The notes under the pieces are model-generated. The model was given only the letters and a program-made list of their open reading frames with translations, did no database searches and was not told where the DNA came from. The position numbers and the translations under genes were made by a program. Positions 62,561 to 64,000 of a DNA stretch of 64,000 nucleotides are shown here, one piece after another. Source of the DNA: Octopus bimaculoides (taxonomy: Eukaryota); the NCBI RefSeq assembly GCF_001194135.2, contig NC_068981.1, positions 153,130,738 through 153,194,737 of the forward strand. The letters run 5' to 3'. Numbering within the stretch: the first letter of the stretch is position 1; each line of letters starts with the position of its first letter.

Positions 62561-63715
62561 TGTCTCACTTACAACTGTCGAATAAAACAAATTCTGAAGT
62601 TTCTTGCTTCAAGGATACTTGGCTACAGTAACCTATGACTGTCTTGCAGGCAGATGATGCCTTCCACGATAATCTAATAAACTGATTTTTCTGGTGTTAA
62701 AATTTCTGAAACTCCTTAACAAATTAGCCTTTGATGAGTAGTTTCACTTTACTTGTAAGTATCTCACACACTTTACACTTCATAGCGTACTTGCGTTAGT
62801 GATATACTTTCATTAACATAGTTTGGTTTGCATAAAGGTTCTTTGAAAACTGCTAGCTTGTCTACGCGCAGTTTATTCCAGTTTCTGTTTCCTTAAATTT
62901 GGTCAAGTAGAAGTGTGTTAGAGATTGTAATTTTCATAAACACATACACAACATCCAGTTACTTCATGAAATAAATAATTATCCGTCAATTTTATATCGA
63001 ACAAAATAAAAAAAAAACGCCGATAACTACTTTTCTTTAATTAATATTAGCTGTGGTAGAAGTAATTATTTTTATACAATTTGTTATAATGATTTAATAT
63101 ATTTAATAAAAACAGGCAAATGAGCAGTAAATGTTGCCAGCTTTCTAAATTATTGCGCTTAATTTGTAATGAAGCAACCAACTACTGAACTTGACAAAGT
63201 TTAAATTCACTCTGACTATTCATCGTCAGCAATACATAATATGAGAGAAGAAATGCCCTCCGGCGAAGCGGGGGTTTTGAGGCAGAAAGATCTTATGTTA
63301 AATGTTAATTAGTTGAATTAAAGATGTCACAAAAACGTTGTCAATTCGTACGTACTCCGACTTATAATGAATATCACAAGTCAAGTATTACGGACAGGCA
63401 AATATTTGTTATATCGGGGTTTCTTTTTATCTTTTAGTCAGAAGAAAAGTCCAACGATCGTTATTCTTTACAGATCTTCCATGATTGGTAGGTGGGAGGG
63501 AGAACGTTATTCTCGAACCGGGGTCCTTGCCTAGGTGCTTGCGTTGTTCAACCAGGTGACTCATTAAAACTTTCACATAAATAAAGTTTACTAATCGAAA
63601 GTATACGAAATGAAAGCAGCTTATACTAATGCTTTAATATGAAGGTTGTAACAGCTTTTTGTTTCTTTTTTTCAGTGAGTTATTTCCAAATATGAATTCG
63701 GGCGATTAAACCATC

Positions 63716-63726
63716 GGCTGCTCTCT

Positions 63727-63804
<78 letters not shown>

Positions 63805-63839
63805 GTGTCTCTCTCAGTGTGTGTGTGTCTCTCTCTTTT

Positions 63840-63874
<35 letters not shown>

Positions 63875-63961
63875 TTCTTTTTTTCTCTCTCTCTCTCACT
63901 CTCACTCTCTGTTTCTCTTTCTCTCTCTGTCTCTCTCTGTCTCTCTCTCGCTCTCTTGCTC

Positions 63962-64000
<39 letters not shown>
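63716..64000. repeat. (CT)n followed by (TA)n
   Basis: Direct reading. Confidence 0.95.

Overview
Eukaryotic, AT-rich, microsatellite-saturated intergenic or intronic DNA from a gapped draft assembly (about 18 N-gaps). The SINE repertoire looks octopus-like (Octopus sp.), which is inference from remembered repeat families, not a search result. I can support no host protein-coding gene, rRNA, true tRNA or CRISPR array; nearly all listed ORFs are translations of microsatellites or N-runs. The recognisable content is mobile DNA. There are roughly 25 copies of one tRNA-derived SINE (here family A, with three alternative 3' tails) plus two other SINE groups (B, C). LINE relics include R4/Dong, Tx1-like L1, RTE and CR1. 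DNA elements include a rearranged mariner with two 5' ends, a Helentron-type HINE and a hAT MITE. Several Penelope-type minimal hammerhead ribozyme motifs are present, one close to intact at 12513-12590 (-). The most interesting observations are the hammerheads, the fold-back mariner, modular SINE chimeras and dimers, a microsatellite-targeted R4/Dong insertion within a SINE chain, a 39-bp Cys-rich minisatellite and an unexplained branched hairpin at 60301-60416. Element boundaries were read by eye and are approximate to roughly 10 bp.
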